A stretch of DNA of 64,000 nt from Methanoregula sp. UBA247 (GTDB lineage: Archaea; Halobacteriota; Methanomicrobia; Methanomicrobiales; Methanospirillaceae): the NCBI GenBank assembly GCA_002495055.1, contig DADR01000042.1, positions 18,123-82,122 of the forward strand, in the 5' to 3' direction. The position numbers were made by a program, and so were the translations under genes. How positions within the stretch are numbered: the stretch's first letter is position 1; every line of letters begins with the position of its first letter. Under the pieces are notes generated by a model, which worked only from the letters and a program-made list of their open reading frames with translations, was not told the DNA's origin and made no database searches. Shown here piece after piece: positions 41,408-52,043 of the stretch.

Positions 41408-43495
41408 TTAGATAAACAGCGGGGCAAAGACTACAGATACGATTGCCATCAGTTTTAAGAGGATGTTCAGCGCCGGGCCTGCGGTATCCTTGAAGGGGTC
41501 ACCTACTGTGTCACCGGTGACTGCCGCCTTGTGTGCAGCTGATCCTTTTCCACCGAGATGGCCTTGTTCGATGTATTTCTTCGTGTTGTCCCAGGCACCA
41601 CCGGTGTTTGCCATCATGACGGCAACGACAAAACCGCTGGCGATTGATCCGACAAGGAGTCCTGCAAGCGCAGCAGTACCGAGCAAAAATCCACATAAAA
41701 TCGGGGCAAGGATCGCCATAAGTCCAGGAACAATCATCTGCCTGAGAGCGGCATTCGTGGAAATGGTAATACATGAGGTATAATCCGGATCCGCTTTGCC
41801 CTCCATAAGCCCGGGGATCTCCTTAAACTGCCTGCGCACTTCCTGCACGATGTCCCCTGCTGCCTTGCCGACTGCGGTCATGGTAAAAGAGCAGAAGAGG
41901 AAGGGGAGCATCGAACCGATGAGGATGCCGACAAAGACTTTCGGGGTGAGGAGATCAACAATCTCGAGACCGACAACCTGTGTGTATGCAAAGACAAGTC
42001 CGAGGGCTGTCAGGGCTGCACCGCCTATGGCAAAGCCCTTGCCAATCGCTGCGGTAGTATTACCGACCGCATCGAGAGTGTCCGTGATCTCACGGACACT
42101 CTTGTCCTGGTGGGACATCTCGGCAATTCCCCCGGCATTGTCCGCAACCGGGCCATAAGCGTCAACAGAGAGGGTGATGCCCAGCGTGGCGAGCATCCCG
42201 ACACCGGCAATCGCAACCCCATAAAGCCCAGCCTGTTGTGCAGATACTAAAATTGCGATCGCAACAATCAGTACCGGGAACACCGTGCTCTCAAATCCTA
42301 CGGCAAGCCCGGTGATAATATCAGTTGCAGCCCCGGTCTCCGTGGATTTGATAATACGCTGCGTAGGTGAGCGGTCATAAGACGTATAATACTCGGTCAC
42401 AAGCCCGATTAAAAATCCACCAACCAGTCCTGCAATGATGGCGATGAAAACGCCGAGGTACAGCGGTCCCAAGAGTGAGGTCACGAGGAAGTAGCTCGCA
42501 ATCGCAGTGAGGATCAGGCTGGCAAACGTGCCCGCGTTGAACGCCTTATGAATCGCGCTGCTCTCATTTTGGGAACTCCTGACAAAGAACGAGCCGATTA
42601 CAGACGCAATAATTCCCAGTGCAGCCACCAGCAGCGGGAGAAGAACGAGGTTCATTATGGTTGCTGTATCCGGAACGACATTGATAGCGGAACCGAGTAC
42701 TATGTGGACGGAATTCATCAGATTTATGGTCTTGGATGAAGCGGCCATTGCTGCGATGGAAGCCCCGATAAGCATAGTTGCAATAATAGATCCGACATAG
42801 GACTCATAGAGGTCGGCACCCATGCCAGCGATATCGCCGACATTATCCCCGACATTGTCGGCAATGACTGCAGGGTTGCGGGGGTCATCTTCGGGGATTC
42901 CTGCTTCAACCTTTCCGACAAGGTCAGCACCCACATCGGCGGCTTTCGTGAAGATCCCGCCACCGACACGGGCGAAAAGGGCAATAGAACTTGCACCAAG
43001 AGAGAACCCGGAAAGGATATTGATGACTTCATAAATACCGAGTGTTGTGAAGTTGCTGACGATAAAAAAGACAGCCGAGAGACCGAGCAGCCCGAGACCG
43101 ACAACTGTCAGTCCCATGACCATGCCACTGGAGAACGAGACGCGGAATGCTGCGGCCATCCCAGTCCTCGCGGCATTCGTTGTGCGGACGTTTGCCATAG
43201 TTGCCGCGGTCATTCCGATATACCCGGCTGTTGCAGAGAGGATTGCACCCACTAAAAAACATCCGGCGGTCAGGGGGTTAATCCCGATCGCGAGAATGAT
43301 AGCCATCACAACAACAAAAACAGAGATGGCAGTGTACTGGCGCTTCAGATACACCATCGATCCGAGGTGAATAGCCGCAGCAATCTTCTGCATCAGTTCA
43401 GTACCGGTACCCTCTTTTTTCATGCTGAAAAAAGAAAAAGCTGCAAAAAGCAACCCAATAATGGCACATACAGGTGCAATTATCAACAAATCCAT
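41408..43495 (-). CDS. hppA: Membrane-integral Na+/H+-translocating pyrophosphatase, K+-dependent signature
   Basis: [60 protein letters not shown]. Confidence 0.96.
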   Translation of the reverse strand: MDLLIIAPVCAIIGLLFAAFSFFSMKKEGTGTELMQKIAAAIHLGSMVYLKRQYTAISVFVVVMAIILAIGINPLTAGCFLVGAILSATAGYIGMTAATMANVRTTNAARTGMAAAFRVSFSSGMVMGLTVVGLGLLGLSAVFFIVSNFTTLGIYEVINILSGFSLGASSIALFARVGGGIFTKAADVGADLVGKVEAGIPEDDPRNPAVIADNVGDNVGDIAGMGADLYESYVGSIIATMLIGASIAAMAASSKTINLMNSVHIVLGSAINVVPDTATIMNLVLLPLLVAALGIIASVIGSFFVRSSQNESSAIHKAFNAGTFASLILTAIASYFLVTSLLGPLYLGVFIAIIAGLVGGFLIGLVTEYYTSYDRSPTQRIIKSTETGAATDIITGLAVGFESTVFPVLIVAIAILVSAQQAGLYGVAIAGVGMLATLGITLSVDAYGPVADNAGGIAEMSHQDKSVREITDTLDAVGNTTAAIGKGFAIGGAALTALGLVFAYTQVVGLEIVDLLTPKVFVGILIGSMLPFLFCSFTMTAVGKAAGDIVQEVRRQFKEIPGLMEGKADPDYTSCITISTNAALRQMIVPGLMAILAPILCGFLLGTAALAGLLVGSIASGFVVAVMMANTGGAWDNTKKYIEQGHLGGKGSAAHKAAVTGDTVGDPFKDTAGPALNILLKLMAIVSVVFAPLFI

Positions 43496-43837
43496 TTTCT
43501 CTCAATCCCTCCAGATCCTACATATTGCTCGAAAATTTTAACATCAATATTTTAACATTAAGCCTTAAAAACCAGTCGCAATTTGCTGGATGCACAAAAA
43601 ACCCAAAAACACAAGGGGGTACTCAGCGTGCAAATGGCATGCCGGGTATCGCAGTAATACTTTGGACGGTGTTAAAACCGCGCTTTTTAATATCATACAT
43701 GATAAATCATTAAGAATCATGGTGGCGTTACAGTGTTCCTGACCAATACCGAGGGTGACAGCAGCCTGAAATCAAGCGAACGATTTTTGCCCGGATGGGC
43801 TGAAAATATAGGTTCCGGAAAGCGATAGGGTGAATCT

Positions 43838-44365
43838 GTGATTGCATTTATTGTAACCGCTTGTGCGGCATTTCTGATGTACCTGATACTGACTGCCGGC
43901 TCAGGCACTATCGGGTTCTGGTCGTTGTCTGAACTTGTCATGGGTACCCTGCTCGCACTGCTTACCGGTCTGGTAGCACGAAAATCCCTGTGCAGGTCAG
44001 AGAGTTACCGGCTCCTTTCTCCTGTCCGGTTATTGCTACTGCTGGTCTATGTGCCGGTCCCCTTCTTTATTGAGCTGACAAAAGCCAACCTTGATGTTGC
44101 ATACAGGGTCATTACCATGAACATCAGACCGGGAATTGTCAGGGTTCATTCAGGTTTGAAGACAGACTTTGGCATTTTCATGCTGGCCAATTCGATCACC
44201 CTGACCCCGGGCACACTCTCCGTAGGGATTGACGAAGAGACAAACGATCTCTTCATCCACAATATAAATGTCGGTGTAGGGGATGAGAAGAAAAAGATCA
44301 TTGAAAGCACCGAGCTCTTCAGCCTTGTTAACCTCCCTGCATGGATACGGAGGATTGCCGAATGA
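43838..44365 (+). CDS. mbhA: Mbh subunit A (MnhE-like)
   Basis: KANLDVAYRV, LANSITLTPGTL; first gene of the overlapping operon. Confidence 0.88.
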   Translation: MIAFIVTACAAFLMYLILTAGSGTIGFWSLSELVMGTLLALLTGLVARKSLCRSESYRLLSPVRLLLLLVYVPVPFFIELTKANLDVAYRVITMNIRPGIVRVHSGLKTDFGIFMLANSITLTPGTLSVGIDEETNDLFIHNINVGVGDEKKKIIESTELFSLVNLPAWIRRIAE

Positions 44366-44619
44366 TCGATGCCTGGATCCTTACTGTGCTCTGCCTGACG
44401 ATCCTCATGGTACTCGCAACGGTCAGACTGGTGCTTGGTCCGACAGCCCCCGACCGTGTCATAGCACTCGATACCGTGAATACCCTTGTCATTGCTTCAA
44501 TGATCCTCTTTGGAGTGGTTTTTAAACAGATTATCTTTGTTGACGTTGCGATCGTGTATGGGCTGCTCTCATTCGTGAGCACACTCTACATTGCCAAGTA
44601 TATCGGGGGGGAGCTCTGA
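44362..44619 (+). CDS. mbhB: Mbh subunit B (MnhF-like)
   Basis: RLVLGPTAPDRVIALD. Confidence 0.88.
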   Translation: MIDAWILTVLCLTILMVLATVRLVLGPTAPDRVIALDTVNTLVIASMILFGVVFKQIIFVDVAIVYGLLSFVSTLYIAKYIGGEL

Positions 44620-44620
44620 C

Positions 44621-44980
44621 ATGACTGTTATTGAAATAATTGTTTACATCTGCCTTGCCATCGGGGTGGTCTTTAACACGCTGGGTGTAATCGGGCTCCT
44701 GCGATTCCCTGACCTGTATACCCGTATGCATGCAACAACAAAGGCGACGACGTTTGGCTCTATCTTCACGTCCCTTGCAGTAATCGTTTACGCGCTGTAC
44801 CTGTTTTTGACCGTCAATGACAGCCAGTACCTAACCCTTGCCATCCATGCATTTCTCGCTGTTGCGTGTCTTGTATTCACAAATGCTGTCAGCGCTCATG
44901 CGATTGCAAGGGCAGCCCACAGGAGTGGGATCATGCCATCACCCGCTGTCGTCGACAGGCTCGCGGAGGCAAAACTATGA
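44621..44980 (+). CDS. mbhC: Mbh subunit C (MnhG-like)
   Basis: GLLRFPDLYTRMHATTK, SAHAIARAA. Confidence 0.88.
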   Translation: MTVIEIIVYICLAIGVVFNTLGVIGLLRFPDLYTRMHATTKATTFGSIFTSLAVIVYALYLFLTVNDSQYLTLAIHAFLAVACLVFTNAVSAHAIARAAHRSGIMPSPAVVDRLAEAKL

Positions 44981-45231
44981 TCGAACAGGTCCCCCAGATT
45001 CTGGTCCTGATCGGCCTGATCATATCAGCGGTCCTGACCTTTCATTTCAAAGACCTGCTGGCAGCAATCCTGGCAGCGGGTCTCTTCAGTTTCCTGATAT
45101 CACTGGAATTCTATATCCTGCAGGCACCGGATGTAGCAATATCGCAGGCTGCTATCGGTGCCGGCCTGACGACTGCCATATTTATCATTGCTATCCGGGC
45201 GACCGGGCGGTTTGAGGGGGAGAGCTCATGA
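44977..45231 (+). CDS. mbhD: Mbh subunit D (DUF4040)
   Basis: LQAPDVAISQAAIGAGL. Confidence 0.85.
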   Translation: MIEQVPQILVLIGLIISAVLTFHFKDLLAAILAAGLFSFLISLEFYILQAPDVAISQAAIGAGLTTAIFIIAIRATGRFEGESS

Positions 45232-45515
45232 AAAAGATGCTCGTTATGGGCGTGTCCCTCTTCATCATTGCAGCATTCTTCGGCGTGATGGCGTTGAACC
45301 TGACGTTTGGCTCACCGACAATGACCGATATGGATGACTATTTCCTCAGGCACGGGCAGGAGCAGACCGGCAGCAACAACGAATGCACAGCGGTTGTCTT
45401 CGATTTCAGGGGTTTTGATACCCTTGGGGAATCGACCGTGCTATTCTGCGGCATTATCGGTGTGGCGCTGATGTTCCGAAAGATGCAGGGAGGTGAGGAA
45501 TATGAGGATGAGTAG
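45228..45515 (+). CDS. mbhE: Mbh subunit E
   Basis: TAVVFDFRGFDTLGE. Confidence 0.87.
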   Translation: MKKMLVMGVSLFIIAAFFGVMALNLTFGSPTMTDMDDYFLRHGQEQTGSNNECTAVVFDFRGFDTLGESTVLFCGIIGVALMFRKMQGGEEYEDE

Positions 45516-45969
45516 GATTGTGCGGACTGCGGCAGACATCCTCTACCCGGCGATCCTGATCTTCGGATTGTATATTGTGGCGCACGGCCACCTGACCCCG
45601 GGTGGAGGTTTCCAGGGCGGTGCAGTGATTGCAACCGGGGGGGCTCTCGTAATTGTAGCCTATAACTACAAAGAAGTCACCGGGTGGCTGAAAAAGAATG
45701 TCCTGACCGGACAGGAAGTCACCGGGCTTGTCGGGTTTATTGGCGTAGGGCTCCTCGCACTAGCTTTCGGGCAGGGATTCTTCTTCAATTATCTTGTGGG
45801 CAGTGGCTCAATTTTCGGAATACCTGTTCCATACGGGATCAACGCGGGTGAACTGAATACCGCGGGTACAGTCCCGCTCATGAACTTTGCAGTCGGGATC
45901 GAAGTTTGGGGAGGGCTCACGGTTGTGATCCTCTACATGCTTTCCGGGCTGGAAAAGGAGGGGTGCTGA
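45502..45969 (+). CDS. mbhF: Mbh subunit F (MnhB-like)
   Basis: HGHLTPGGGFQGG. Confidence 0.88.
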   Translation: MRMSRIVRTAADILYPAILIFGLYIVAHGHLTPGGGFQGGAVIATGGALVIVAYNYKEVTGWLKKNVLTGQEVTGLVGFIGVGLLALAFGQGFFFNYLVGSGSIFGIPVPYGINAGELNTAGTVPLMNFAVGIEVWGGLTVVILYMLSGLEKEGC

Positions 45970-46314
45970 ATGCTCTGGAACCTGCCATTCATCACCGTGG
46001 TAATCCTGACCCTCATCGGTCTGGTGACGGTACTCTTGAAAAAGAATATCATCAAGATCCTCTTGGGCATCAATATCCTCAACTCAGCGGCAAACCTTTT
46101 CCTCATTACACTTGGCTATCGCGAGGGAGGTGTTGCCCCGATCTATACGCTTGCGCCATCGGATCTGATGGTGCTGCCCACCCCGCAGGCACTGGTGCTG
46201 ACCTCGATCGTTATCGGGGTAGCAACAAGTGCACTGGTGCTCTCGTTTGCCATAGTAATCCAGAAAAAATACGGTACAGTGGATATCGATAAGATTCGGA
46301 GGCTTCAGGGATGA
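45970..46314 (+). CDS. mbhG: Mbh subunit G (MnhC/NuoK-like)
   Basis: NIIKILLG, PQALVLTSIVIG. Confidence 0.88.
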   Translation: MLWNLPFITVVILTLIGLVTVLLKKNIIKILLGINILNSAANLFLITLGYREGGVAPIYTLAPSDLMVLPTPQALVLTSIVIGVATSALVLSFAIVIQKKYGTVDIDKIRRLQG

Positions 46315-47888
46315 CATTTAGTGATTTCATCATCACCAATGCACCGGTGCTGCTGGTAGCCATCCCGCTGCTTGCGGCATTCCTCTGTCCGGTTATGGGA
46401 AAGATCTCCTCTATGGTCAGGAACTTCTGGGTGATGGGGATGATGCTGGTCACCGCAGCTGTTGCGTTTATTCTGGCGTACCGGGTGTTCGTAACCGGGC
46501 CAGTAATCTACGTGTTCGGTGCCGCTGCCGCGAATCTCGCAATTCCCCTGGATTCCGGGGGTATCCCGATCAGGATTATTTTCACCGTGGATGCGATGAG
46601 CGCGTTCATGGACATCATCTGTGCGATTGTCGGGGTATCAGTCCTGTTGTATTCATTGTCGGCTGAGTCCCGCAACAGCAGTCTTGAGGGTTATTACACC
46701 CTGTTTTTCCTGATGATTGTCGGTGTATTCGGTATGGTCTCCACCGGGGACATCTTCAACTTCTTTGTATTCTTAGAGATCCTCTCCCTTGCATCAGCAG
46801 GGTTGATCGCGTACCGCATTGACGGGGGGCTTGCCGTAGAGGCTGCACTTAAATATTTCATACTTTCCACGCTCGGAGCGATCTTCGTCCTGTTTGCCAT
46901 CGGGATATTCTACGGGCAGTACAATGCCCTGAATATCGCGATGATTGCCGAGCGGATGCAGTTTTCGATGCTGGACAAGATCGCGCTCGTCCTGCTCGTC
47001 GCTGCGCTTGCGATGAAGTGCGGTGCCGTACCCCTGCACTTCTGGACACCGGATGCCTACTCCATGGCGCCATCCTCAGTAACCGCGTTTTTAGTTGTCG
47101 CAAGTCAGGCAAGCCTGTACGGGCTCTTCCGCGTGGTATTCACCATGTATAATATCACCATGAACTGCGTCACCGTTGGCTGGATCATTATCATTTTCGG
47201 TGTGCTGTCCATGGTTGTCGGGGTAACGATGGCAATTCCCCAGAAAGATATCAAGCGCCTGATGGCATACCACGCGGTCTCCCAGACCGGTTATATGCTC
47301 CTTGGTGTCGGTGTCGGGCTTGCTGTTCTTGGTAATGCCGGACTTACCAGTGCGTTCGGATTTATGGCGATGGAAGGGGGCATCTTTCACATCTTCAACC
47401 ATGCGATGTACAAGGGGCTCCTGTTCCTGACTGCAGGAGCAATAATCTACCGGATAGGTACCCGCGATCTGAACAAAATGGGCGGGCTCGGGCACACCAT
47501 GAAATACACCATGATCTTCTTCATGATTGGTGCTCTTGCCATCGCAGGAATCCCCCCATTCAATGGTTTCGCGTCAAAACTGATGATCTACGAGTCCGTA
47601 TACCTCTTCAATCCACTCCTTGCAATCATAGCGATGGTCGTTTCCATCCTCACACTAGCATCGTTTGTCAAAGTCTTCCATTCGGTATTCATGGGGCCGA
47701 AGCTCCCCGAATATGCAGATGTTAAAGAGGCTCCGCTTCCAATGCTGATTGGCATGGGCATCCTTGCTGCCATCGTCATCCTCTTCGGCCTCTTCCCCCA
47801 GCCGGTGGTGGAGATACTTGTCGCCCCTGCAGCCCATGCACTTGCAGACCAGGGCGGTTATATCGCTTCGGTGTTGGGAGGTGCCTGA
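46311..47888 (+). CDS. mbhH: Mbh subunit H (MnhD/NuoL-M-N-like antiporter subunit)
   Basis: DIFNFFVFLEI, PLHFWTPDAY, KRLMAY, HAMYKGLLF, GIPPFNGFASK. Confidence 0.92.
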   Translation: MTFSDFIITNAPVLLVAIPLLAAFLCPVMGKISSMVRNFWVMGMMLVTAAVAFILAYRVFVTGPVIYVFGAAAANLAIPLDSGGIPIRIIFTVDAMSAFMDIICAIVGVSVLLYSLSAESRNSSLEGYYTLFFLMIVGVFGMVSTGDIFNFFVFLEILSLASAGLIAYRIDGGLAVEAALKYFILSTLGAIFVLFAIGIFYGQYNALNIAMIAERMQFSMLDKIALVLLVAALAMKCGAVPLHFWTPDAYSMAPSSVTAFLVVASQASLYGLFRVVFTMYNITMNCVTVGWIIIIFGVLSMVVGVTMAIPQKDIKRLMAYHAVSQTGYMLLGVGVGLAVLGNAGLTSAFGFMAMEGGIFHIFNHAMYKGLLFLTAGAIIYRIGTRDLNKMGGLGHTMKYTMIFFMIGALAIAGIPPFNGFASKLMIYESVYLFNPLLAIIAMVVSILTLASFVKVFHSVFMGPKLPEYADVKEAPLPMLIGMGILAAIVILFGLFPQPVVEILVAPAAHALADQGGYIASVLGGA

Positions 47889-47889
47889 A

Positions 47890-48237
47890 ATGGATATGTC
47901 TGCACCGTTGCTGACCGGATATGGCATATGGGTTCCCGTTGCGTGGCTGGCAGCATCCGTGGTTGCTGGTATCGTTATCTACCTGCTCTGGAAAACGGGA
48001 GAGTCTTCGTACAAAAAAGGAACTGAGCTGGAGCGCCCCTACCTTTCCGGGAACATGGAACCGGAGAAGGGGGCAGTCCATGTCAGGGCTAGCAACCTGT
48101 ACTGGGGATTTTTGCAGGCACTGAAAGGTTATTATGATGTTCTTGTGCCTGTACATACGGGTGTCCTGACCGATTATATGATCTGGTTTGTTGCAGTTAC
48201 TGCGGCGATTCTCGTATTCGTGGGAGTGCTATCATGA
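47890..48237 (+). CDS. mbhI: Mbh subunit I
   Basis: PYLSGN, HTGVLTDYMIW; position in the operon. Confidence 0.78.
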   Translation: MDMSAPLLTGYGIWVPVAWLAASVVAGIVIYLLWKTGESSYKKGTELERPYLSGNMEPEKGAVHVRASNLYWGFLQALKGYYDVLVPVHTGVLTDYMIWFVAVTAAILVFVGVLS

Positions 48238-48665
48238 AACTGACAAAATCCTTTAACCGTTCTCTCTGGGTGTTCCACCTCAACACCGGCTCCTGCAATG
48301 GCTGCGAGATCGAGATTGTGGCGACAATAACCCCGCGCTATGATCCCGAGCGATTCGGTATCAAGCTGGTAGGTTCGCCAAAGCATGCAGATGTGCTGCT
48401 GGTCACCGGCCCTGTCACCAAAAAGATGGCAGCGAAAGTCCGGAGGGTCTACGAGCAGGTGCCCAATCCCAAGCTGGTCATGTGCATCGGGACGTGTGGG
48501 CAGTCTGGGGGTGTCTTCTATGACTCGTATAACCTTGACGGGCCGATCGACCAGGTACTTCCTGTGGACGTGTATGTGCCGGGTTGCCCCCCTCGTCCGG
48601 AGGCAATCGTCTATGGAGTAGTTAAAGCCTGGGAGAAACTGGAGCGCCTGGAGGCAGCGCAATGA
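48234..48665 (+). CDS. mbhJ: Hydrogenase small subunit (NuoB-like)
   Basis: GSCNGCEIE, GTCGQSGG, PGCPPRPE. Confidence 0.93.
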   Translation: MKLTKSFNRSLWVFHLNTGSCNGCEIEIVATITPRYDPERFGIKLVGSPKHADVLLVTGPVTKKMAAKVRRVYEQVPNPKLVMCIGTCGQSGGVFYDSYNLDGPIDQVLPVDVYVPGCPPRPEAIVYGVVKAWEKLERLEAAQ

Positions 48666-49300
48666 ACGAAACACCGCATCTCACCCCCCAGGAGATCATC
48701 GATCTCTACAGAGCTGAATTCGGAACAGGTATCCACGATGCCCGGATCACCGAACGCGGGGAAGGCGTACGCAAGACAAAGGGTTACAATATCTGGATCC
48801 GGGTCGACCGGAAACTCCTCAAACCCGCGATCAAAAAACTCATGGATATCAGGTTCCCGCACTTCGCGGTAATTGCAGGAAATGATCTCGGCGATGAGAT
48901 TGAACTCCTCTATATCCTGTCCGTCTTTTATGGTACGAAATTCGGTGAGTACATGATAACCTTCGGGATCCGCCTCCCAAAAACAGACCTGACGGTGCCT
49001 ACCATCACAGATCTGATTCCCGGTGCCCTCTTATCAGAACGTGAAAAACAGGAGTTTTTCGGCATCACGGTAACCGATATCCCTGATGGACGGAGGCTCT
49101 TCCTTCCCGACGATTTCCCGCAAGGGGTGTATCCCTGGAGAAAAGACGAAACAGGGATAAAACCCGAGATGGTCAGGGAGCTCTGGGCGATCGACCGCCC
49201 GAAGGATCGCCCGGTACCACCGGTTCCGGAAAAGAAACCTGTCCAGGAAGTACCCGCGGCTGAAGGAATGAAGAAAAAGACGGGAGGTGCAACAGAATGA
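48662..49300 (+). CDS. mbhK: Mbh subunit K (NuoC-like)
   Basis: PTITDLIPGA..SERE.QEFFG, RRLFLPDDFP. Confidence 0.88.
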   Translation: MNETPHLTPQEIIDLYRAEFGTGIHDARITERGEGVRKTKGYNIWIRVDRKLLKPAIKKLMDIRFPHFAVIAGNDLGDEIELLYILSVFYGTKFGEYMITFGIRLPKTDLTVPTITDLIPGALLSEREKQEFFGITVTDIPDGRRLFLPDDFPQGVYPWRKDETGIKPEMVRELWAIDRPKDRPVPPVPEKKPVQEVPAAEGMKKKTGGATE

Positions 49301-50535
49301 ACGGCGATACAAAGAAAAAATCAACCCCCTATACGGTCCCGATCGGACCTGTGCATCCTGCCTTGAAAGAGCCGGTCATGTTTACCTTCCAGATGGAAGG
49401 AGAAGTGGTCAGATCGGTGGACTTTGCACCCGGTAACACCCACCGGGGCATTGAATGGATGGGTATGCGAAGGAACCCGGTCCAAATTGTTCACCTCACC
49501 GACCGGATATGCGGCATCTGCGGGGTTGTACACTCGCTCTCGTTTGCACGGGCCGTTGAGCAGATTGCTGAAATCGAAGTCCCCCCCCGGGCCGATTACA
49601 TCAGGACCATCCTGCACGAGCTTGAACGGATGCAGTCACATCTCCTGTGGGCCGGTGTTGCTGCCCATGAGCTTGGGTTTGATTCGCTCCTCTTCCTTGC
49701 ATGGCGGGTAAGGGAACAATCGATGGACCTTATCGAGAATCTCACCGGGAACCGGGTGAACTACGGGATTGTCCAGATCGGCGGTGTCCGCAGGGATATC
49801 AGTGATGAACAGCGCCCCATCATTGAACAGGGCCTCTCCTACTACCGGGGATTGCTGGACCAGATGAAGACCGTCTTCTTAGATGACAGCACAATACGCA
49901 TGCGGTGCAGGGGACACGGTCTTTTGAGCTACCGTGATGCCCAGATCCTCTGTGCTGTCGGGCCGACAGCGCGGGCTTCAGGTGTTGCCATGGATGTCCG
50001 GCACGATTATCCCTACTGCGCCTATGGCGATCTCAATGTCCAGCCCGTGATCCCCCCGCAGGAATTCGGGGGGCCACAGGGGGACGTATATGACCGGATC
50101 ATCGTGAGGCTCCTTGAGATCGCCCAGTCTATCGATATCATCCAGCAATGCATGGATAATATGCCTGCCGGAGAGATTCTCTGGGAGAAAAAGTATCCTA
50201 AACTGCTTTCCGTGCTGAAAAAAGCCCAGGGTGAGGCAATCGGCAGGGTGGAGGCCCCGAGGGGTGAATGTATGCATTACGTCCGCATGGACGGAAACGA
50301 TGCCCCGGCAACCTGGAAGGTGAAAGCCTCCTCCTACAGCAACCTGATGTCATGGATCCCCATGATCAAAGGTGAGCAACTTGCAGACATCCCCATTATT
50401 GTGGCATCCATTGATCCGTGCATGTCCTGTACCGATCGGGTAACAGTTATTCGGGAAGGTTCTGCAGCAAACCTGACCAAGGAAGAGCTGACGCGTCTTT
50501 CCCGTGAGAAGACAAGGAGGCTTTCACAATGCTGA
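49297..50535 (+). CDS. mbhL: [NiFe]-hydrogenase large subunit (group 4, Mbh-type)
   Basis: L1 RICGIC and L2 DPCMSC both intact; EAPRGE. Confidence 0.94.
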   Translation: MNGDTKKKSTPYTVPIGPVHPALKEPVMFTFQMEGEVVRSVDFAPGNTHRGIEWMGMRRNPVQIVHLTDRICGICGVVHSLSFARAVEQIAEIEVPPRADYIRTILHELERMQSHLLWAGVAAHELGFDSLLFLAWRVREQSMDLIENLTGNRVNYGIVQIGGVRRDISDEQRPIIEQGLSYYRGLLDQMKTVFLDDSTIRMRCRGHGLLSYRDAQILCAVGPTARASGVAMDVRHDYPYCAYGDLNVQPVIPPQEFGGPQGDVYDRIIVRLLEIAQSIDIIQQCMDNMPAGEILWEKKYPKLLSVLKKAQGEAIGRVEAPRGECMHYVRMDGNDAPATWKVKASSYSNLMSWIPMIKGEQLADIPIIVASIDPCMSCTDRVTVIREGSAANLTKEELTRLSREKTRRLSQC

Positions 50536-51530
50536 CAGATATCATCCTGACCGTGGCAGGAGCCGTTCTTGTTGGGATTTTTGGTATAATCGTTGCATTC
50601 TTCCTGATGGGCATTGACCGTATAGTGACTGCCCGGATGCAGGCGCGCATCGGCCCCCCACTCATCCAGCCTCTGACAGATATGCGCAAACTCTTCACCA
50701 AGGAAAATGTGGTGCCTGCCAATGCCATACCCTGGCTCTTCAACATGGCTCCTGTTGTTGCGCTGGCATCGGCCATCACTATCCTGCTCTATATCCCTGT
50801 AGGGGGATTCCCCCCGGTTCTTTCCGGAGGGGGTGACCTGATACTGGTCATGTATCTCCTGACCCTGCCAGCCCTGGCACTTGTTGCCGGAGGTTTTTCC
50901 TCCGGATCGCCCTACGCCACGGTTGGAGCGCAGAGAGAGATGGTGACCATGATCGCGTACGAGTTCCCGCTTGCCGTGGTGATCATTGCCATTGCCTGGA
51001 AACTTACTGTTTCAGGGATCCCGCTCCCCTTCATGCTGGCAAGCGTGCAGGCCAACCCTGTCTGGGGACTTGTGGGGCCGCTCGGCATTATCGGTATCCT
51101 TATCCTGTTCTTCGTCCTTCTCATTGTCACTCCGGCAGAACTCTCCCGCATCCCCTTCGATACACCGGAAGCCGAAACGGAGCTTGCCGGCGGGGTGCTG
51201 GTGGAGTATTCAGGAAAGAACCTGGCTCTCTTCACCCTCACGCAGGGTGTGAAGACGGTGGTCATGGCTTCGCTTGTTGTGGCGCTTTTTATCCCTTACC
51301 GGCTCTCCGCAATACTTCCAACACCGGCCATCCTGCAACCGGTTCTTGACCTGCTATTCTACCTTGTTCTCGTAGTGCTTGTATCTTTTATTGCGGTAAG
51401 CCTGATCAGAGTTTCCATGGCCCGGTTCCGCATCAACCAGGTGGTTTCCGCGTACTGGATGTATCTCAGCCTCGTTGGCATTGCCGGCATGCTCCTGATT
51501 ATGGCTGACCATATCCTGGGGGTGGTGTGA
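50529..51530 (+). CDS. mbhM: NuoH-like membrane subunit
   Basis: ARMQARIGPP, GAQRE, RIPFDTPEAETE..G...EYSG. Confidence 0.92.
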   Translation: MLTDIILTVAGAVLVGIFGIIVAFFLMGIDRIVTARMQARIGPPLIQPLTDMRKLFTKENVVPANAIPWLFNMAPVVALASAITILLYIPVGGFPPVLSGGGDLILVMYLLTLPALALVAGGFSSGSPYATVGAQREMVTMIAYEFPLAVVIIAIAWKLTVSGIPLPFMLASVQANPVWGLVGPLGIIGILILFFVLLIVTPAELSRIPFDTPEAETELAGGVLVEYSGKNLALFTLTQGVKTVVMASLVVALFIPYRLSAILPTPAILQPVLDLLFYLVLVVLVSFIAVSLIRVSMARFRINQVVSAYWMYLSLVGIAGMLLIMADHILGVV

Positions 51531-51937
51531 CTATGGTTCGTCTTCCGATGGTGACTGAACTGTTAATGCAGCTTTTCAAAAACCCTGCCACCAACGCTTT
51601 TCCGGCCCGCTACCTCCCGCCCTCGGTGACAAAATTCCTGTACAATGTCGCACAGGGTAAAGCGGCCATCAATCCCCCTGTGACAGTACCCCCGAGATTC
51701 CGGGGAAAGATCACCTATGACCGGGAGTCGTGCATTGGATGCCAGCTCTGCATGAGGGTCTGCCCTGCCCATGCCATCGAATTTCTCCCGTCAACAAAGC
51801 GTGTCCGTATCTATGTCACCCAGTGCATCTTCTGCTCCCAGTGCAATGACATCTGCCCGAAGGATTGCCTGCATATGAGCCCGGAGTTCCTGCTCGCGAC
51901 GGAAAACCGGTTTGCAGACAGCCAGATTGTGGAATAG
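51527..51937 (+). CDS. mbhN: 2x[4Fe-4S] ferredoxin-like subunit (NuoI-like)
   Basis: CIGCQLCMRVCP and CIFCSQCNDICP. Confidence 0.92.
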   Translation: MTMVRLPMVTELLMQLFKNPATNAFPARYLPPSVTKFLYNVAQGKAAINPPVTVPPRFRGKITYDRESCIGCQLCMRVCPAHAIEFLPSTKRVRIYVTQCIFCSQCNDICPKDCLHMSPEFLLATENRFADSQIVE

Positions 51938-52043
51938 CAGGAGACAAACCTCTCTTTTGGTATTTTTGGCCGCTGCCATTAGTTCTTGGATTCCCATTAA
52001 ACATTTCTGCCACAACTTCGGATTCTGGTGCACAGAGCCCGGG

